Shown piece by piece: positions 59,570-64,000 of a stretch of DNA of 64,000 bases (positions within the stretch are counted from its first letter, which is position 1; every line of letters starts with the position of its first letter). Made by a program: the position numbers and the translations under genes. Under the pieces are notes generated by a model that saw nothing but the letters and a program-made list of their open reading frames with translations, was not told the origin of the DNA and ran no database searches. The DNA lies in NCBI GenBank assembly GCA_964016885.1, contig OZ024743.1, positions 339,698,001 to 339,762,000 of the forward strand, read 5' to 3'. The stretch is from Eledone cirrhosa. Lineage: Eukaryota.

Positions 59570-61985
59570 CTTTCTGATTTAGGCACAGGGCCAACAGTTT
59601 TGGGGAATGGGAAAGTCGATTCAATCGACGCCAATGCATTACTAGTACTTTATTTTATCGACCCGTAAGGAAGGAAGGCAAAGTTAACCTCGGTGGAATT
59701 CGAACTCAGAAAACAAAGCTCGTAACTCTATGCCTTCAAATAATTGTTTCTACTTATGGCACGAGGCCAACAATTTGAAGGAGGAAGGGAATATCGATCA
59801 AATCGACCCCAGTGCGATACTGATACTTTATTTTATCGACCACGTAAGGATGAAAGGCAAAGCTAACCTCGGCGGAATTTGAACTCAGAACGTGAAGGGC
59901 CGTAACTCTGTGTCGCGAAGCATGGTGTCCGACGCTCTACCGATACTGCCAATCCACCAATGATGATTGAACTGCTCCAGAATTATGCCTACTGTGAACA
60001 ACCCGAATATTGAGAAAGGTTTTGGACTACCAGCAGTAGTAGAATGACGAGGAATAATATGGAAAAAGTCGGAGTTACCCTAGGTTACTAGTTGTAGCCC
60101 GATATTCCCTAAAATAACCGGTCCAAAGCAACATCAAAGTTGATTGTGATAAATAGTCAAATAATAATAATTGTTTCTACTTTTGGCACAAGGCCAGCAA
60201 TTATCCCAGGTACTTTATTTTATCGACTCCGTAAGGATGAAAGCAAAGTTAACCTCGGCGGGATTTGAACTCAGTGCGTAAAGGGACGTAACTGTGCTGC
60301 AAAGCATGGCGTCAATGATTTCTTTATTCACAACAAAGGGTTTACGCCAAGAAAAATATTAAGAACGACACAGGAGAAAACATTGAGTGTGTATGTGTGT
60401 GGGTTTTGCGTGTAAACAGATTTAATACAGGGAGGTAGCAATAACATTTTTAAATTAGGTATTCCTCAAAGGAAAAGACGTCCGAGGTGGGGTTAACAAT
60501 AATTGTTTATACAATAAACTGGTTGGAAGGTAGCACTTCCCTCTCCGCTTTGATTTATCTCCCTAAGTGTAACGTGAAAAAGATAATCATCGCTAAGTGA
60601 CACTTAAAAAGGTTAATCATGGCTCCGCCGAAGAAGCAAGTACCTGTCCTCTATTCTTTCGACGCATCCACCACACAACCTCTTTCGTCATAGCCACTAG
60701 GCAGATAATTCATTATTAAAAATTCGAAAAGACGTGACGTTTAATAGAGAATAATTTAAGGTGGAAGAGAAAATTACCCAGTTATCTCCCATGGACCATT
60801 TTGACTAATACTATAGAATTTTTTTTTTCAATTGTGATTTTGAAATATTTTAAGATGGAAAACTATTAGGGAAAAATTAGAAAACTTACGGCGTCGATAA
60901 TATAAAGTACCAGTAATGCACTGGCGTCGATTTAATAGATTTTCCCCTCCCCCTAAAATTGCTGGCCTTGTGCCTTAAGTAGAAACAATTATTTTAAAAG
61001 GAGTGTGATGAATTGGTAGTAATGGTAGAGCGTCAGACACCATGCTTTGCAGCATAGAGTTACGGCCCTTTACAACCTAAGTTCAAATTCCGCCGAGATT
61101 AGCTTTGCCTTTCATCCTTACGGGTTCGATAAAATAAAGCACCAGTAATGCACTAGAGCCGATTTAATCGACTTTACTCTCCCCTAAAATCGTTGGCATT
61201 GAGCCTAAATCAGAATCCAACGGTCGCACGCAATGCTTTGAAGCATAGAGTTACCTCCCTTTATGATCTAAGTTCAAATCCCGCCGAGGTTAACTTTGCC
61301 TTTCATCCTTATAGGGTCGATAAAATAAAATACCAGTAATACACTGGGATAATTGCTGGCCTTGTGCCAAAAGTAGAAACAATTATTATCGGTAGAGGGT
61401 CTGACGCCATGCTTTATAATAATAATAATAATAATGAAATTATTGTGTAAAGTGCTCAGGTGCACTACAACTCGTCAATATAGTACATAGAATAATACAC
61501 AAATGCCAGGGAAGTACATGTTTGTATGTGTTAGCTGTAGTGTTGGCGGATCTCGGGAAGCATGGAGGCCTTAAAGGATGCAGTGTCTCGACAGCTAACA
61601 ACTGATGCAGGTAGTTTGTTCCATGCTTCAGCAACTCTGAGCGTGAAAAAATGTTTCCGAAAGTCATGGGAACTGTGCTGTTTTCTTACTTTGTGGGCAT
61701 GTCCACGTGTGTTAGACACATGGAAATCGAAAAGGCACTCAGGGTTGTTGACGCATAGAGTTATGGCCCTTGCCATTCTGAGTACAAATCCCGCCGAGGT
61801 TAACTTTGCTTTTCATCCTTACGGGGTCAATAAAATAAAGTACCAGTAATGCACTGGGATAATTGCTGGCCTTGTGCCAAAAGTAGAAACAATTATTATC
61901 AGTATCACTAGAGGTTCGGACACCATGCTTTGCAGCATAGAGTTACGGCTCTTTAGGGTTTGAGTTCAAATCCCGACGAGGTTCA
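59570..61985. mobile_element. Dense cluster of about 9 SINE family 1 copies and fragments
   Basis: Minus-strand copies 59570-60312 and plus-strand copies 60885-61985. Confidence 0.85.
61417..61755 (-). mobile_element. CR1-clade LINE 3' end
   Basis: NTRGHAHKVRK...RKHFFTLRVAEAWNKLPASVV...SFK, a short UTR and an (ATT)n tail. Confidence 0.85.
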
Positions 61986-62099
61986 CATTACAAGAAATCC
62001 CATACGTTATAAAATAAATAGGATTGGTTGAGGTCTTAATATGTAAACTAAACGTCTAATTCTGTTTTTTAAAAACATCGAGAGGCAACCTAGAAAAAT

Positions 62100-63270
62100 T
62101 ACCGTTTTTCCAATCCTTTTTCTGTTTGACTATGGCCAAACTAAGGCAAGGCTGCTCTGCCTTACAACACAATTCGGTAAAACGCATGGAAGTGGCCCCG
62201 AGTGCAGAATAAAGAAACAGGGTCACTTTGAACACATCGACTTGACACCGTCCTCAATCAGAGCCAATCCTTCTTTCAGTTTAAGGGTGGCTATTTCACA
62301 GTATCTCAAACAACAACGGAAAGCAAAACTTATAAGCGTCTCTTCTATGTACAGTCACCTTGAGATATGGTACCAATCCTTCTTCCGTTTGGTAATGACC
62401 AAATTAAAGTAGAGCTACTCTTCCTGTCAATACAACATGTCGGTGATATGTACAGTGGCCTGGTTTCTTTATGGAAATCAGAGCCCATGAGCAGCAGCAA
62501 TGCTGGGAAAGAAGGAACCCAAACAAATGCTAAAAAAAAAAATTTTAAATAGGATTATTTTCTACATGTCGACCCGGCCAGACCCTATACGGTCCTTAAT
62601 CAGAGTCGATCTTTCTTCCATTTATCCTTGAGGGTAGCCATTTCATGATTTCTTGGACGACGGAAAGCAATAGCAGGAGTGAAGCAGCAAGGCAGCAACC
62701 GATACTATTGCTAGTGTTTAAAGCAGATGCTAAAAAGTACAGTGGCCCAATATGGCTTGACACCAGCAGTTCTTAAATGAGGACAGAAAACAAAGCCCAC
62801 AAGTGGCAGCAGCGGAAAATTGCAAAGCGACACTATTCCTGTTGCATTGATTGGTCTACGCCCAGTTGAAGGGATGCAAAAAAGTGCACGGTGGCAAAGC
62901 ACGAGCCGATCTTATGACGTCCAGTGCAGCGGTATTAAAATGGGAGGAATCCAAGTGAATGAAGCAGCAAACTAGAGCATGGAGCAGTGTACAAAATAAA
63001 AGAACAACAGCGCAAGGGGATCACTTTGTACACGGTAGGCCTGCAATACAAGAACAGAAGCGAAAGGTTGCACAGTGACACTACCCGGCTCAACACTGCC
63101 CTCAATCGGAGCCAAACCTTCTTCCATTCATCATCGAGAGCAGCCATTTCACACTCTCTCTCAAAGAATGACAAAATCGAAACTCAAGAGCATCTTTACT
63201 ATTGTATGTACAGCTACTTCGACTGGTAGCACTAATCCTTCTTCCATTTGACAATGACAAAACTCGGACA
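62100..63270. repeat. Three degenerate ~350-500 bp repeats, unclassified
   Basis: AATC.GAG.C.A.C.TTCTT.CA.TT....GAG.G..GC.ATTTCA recurs at ~62256, 62598 and 63104. Confidence 0.5.
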
Positions 63271-63454
63271 TTTTTTTCTCACGGATGAGGTTTAGGTTTA
63301 GGGTTTCCAGTTTCAAGGTCGATCGCAAGCTTCTTAGAACTCCAGAAAAATTATTATTTCCCACAAAACGCGCGGTGTGTAGATCTGCGAAACTTCGGTG
63401 GTCTTTTCGCCCCCTTTCACCCTTTTTTTTTTTCTACAAATCTAGTCGTTTCCG

Positions 63455-63920
63455 GATCCTAGCTCGGGTAGTAAATATCCCCTCAGTTCTGGAGCCGGCA
63501 GGATTATCCAGAAGTGATGGGAAGAGACCAGACGGCTTTACCCATTGTCCCTGGGTAAGGGGCAGGTTCTCATCTGGGACACCACAGTCAGTGACAATTT
63601 TGCTCCCTCCTACATCATGGATGCCGGAGTAAATGCGAGGGCCACTGCTTCCGTTGCCAAACGGAATAAAACCCGAAAATACCGGTAACTATCAAACAAT
63701 TATATTTTCCAGCCTGTGGTATTCGAGTTGGGTTGCGTTAGGGCGGTGACAGCGAAGTTCTTGTCATCGTTGGCGGCTCGCTTACTTGGGGTGCAAGGTG
63801 ACGCCCATGAGGGTGCTTGGTTTTCAGCGCCTTAGCCTCGCCATCGCCCGTGGTAAAAATATTCCGATGACCCTTGTCATGTGCGGCCGATTTTTGTTTT
63901 CTTTCTCTTGCTCTGGTCGT
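63455..63920 (+). mobile_element. CRE-clade 3' fragment (endonuclease only)
   Basis: NIPSVLEPAGLSRSDGKRPDG...WDTT...NKTRKY...QPVVFE...QRLSLAIARG. Confidence 0.8.
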
Positions 63921-64000
63921 ATATTTTGGTGCGTTATTTGTGGAGTTCGTAACAACAGTTAATTGCCTTTATTATATGTGTTTACGGTCTGAGTTCAAAT

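Overview
AT-rich, microsatellite-dense eukaryotic DNA. The repeat families suggest a coleoid cephalopod, probably an octopus (inference). I can support one host gene: a three-exon, plus-strand calmodulin-sized EF-hand gene (CDS 13567-13592, 31630-31833, 40192-40420; 152 aa; TATA box at 13401) with one canonical Ca2+ loop. The rest is transposon-derived: dozens of tRNA-derived SINEs, decayed LINEs (RTE/Expander-Rex3, CRE, R4/Dong, CR1), a deleted mariner, hAT/pogo MITEs and a ~4 kb imperfect (TA)n array. Two things stand out. (1) A Penelope-like (Neptune-type) retroelement system associated with (TA)n/(CA)n tracts. It comprises two coding remnants, at least 11 hammerhead-ribozyme motifs with recurrent core variants, and many fold-back palindromes, including a multi-copy hairpin family whose copy-specific variants are mirrored in both arms. 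(2) A very young 2.16 kb non-coding LTR element in intron 2. Its tRNA-Trp primer site continues ~14 nt past the normal 18 nt, with a mismatch at the position opposite tRNA A58. Nearly all short ORFs in the supplied track are microsatellite artefacts. All comparisons were made by eye.
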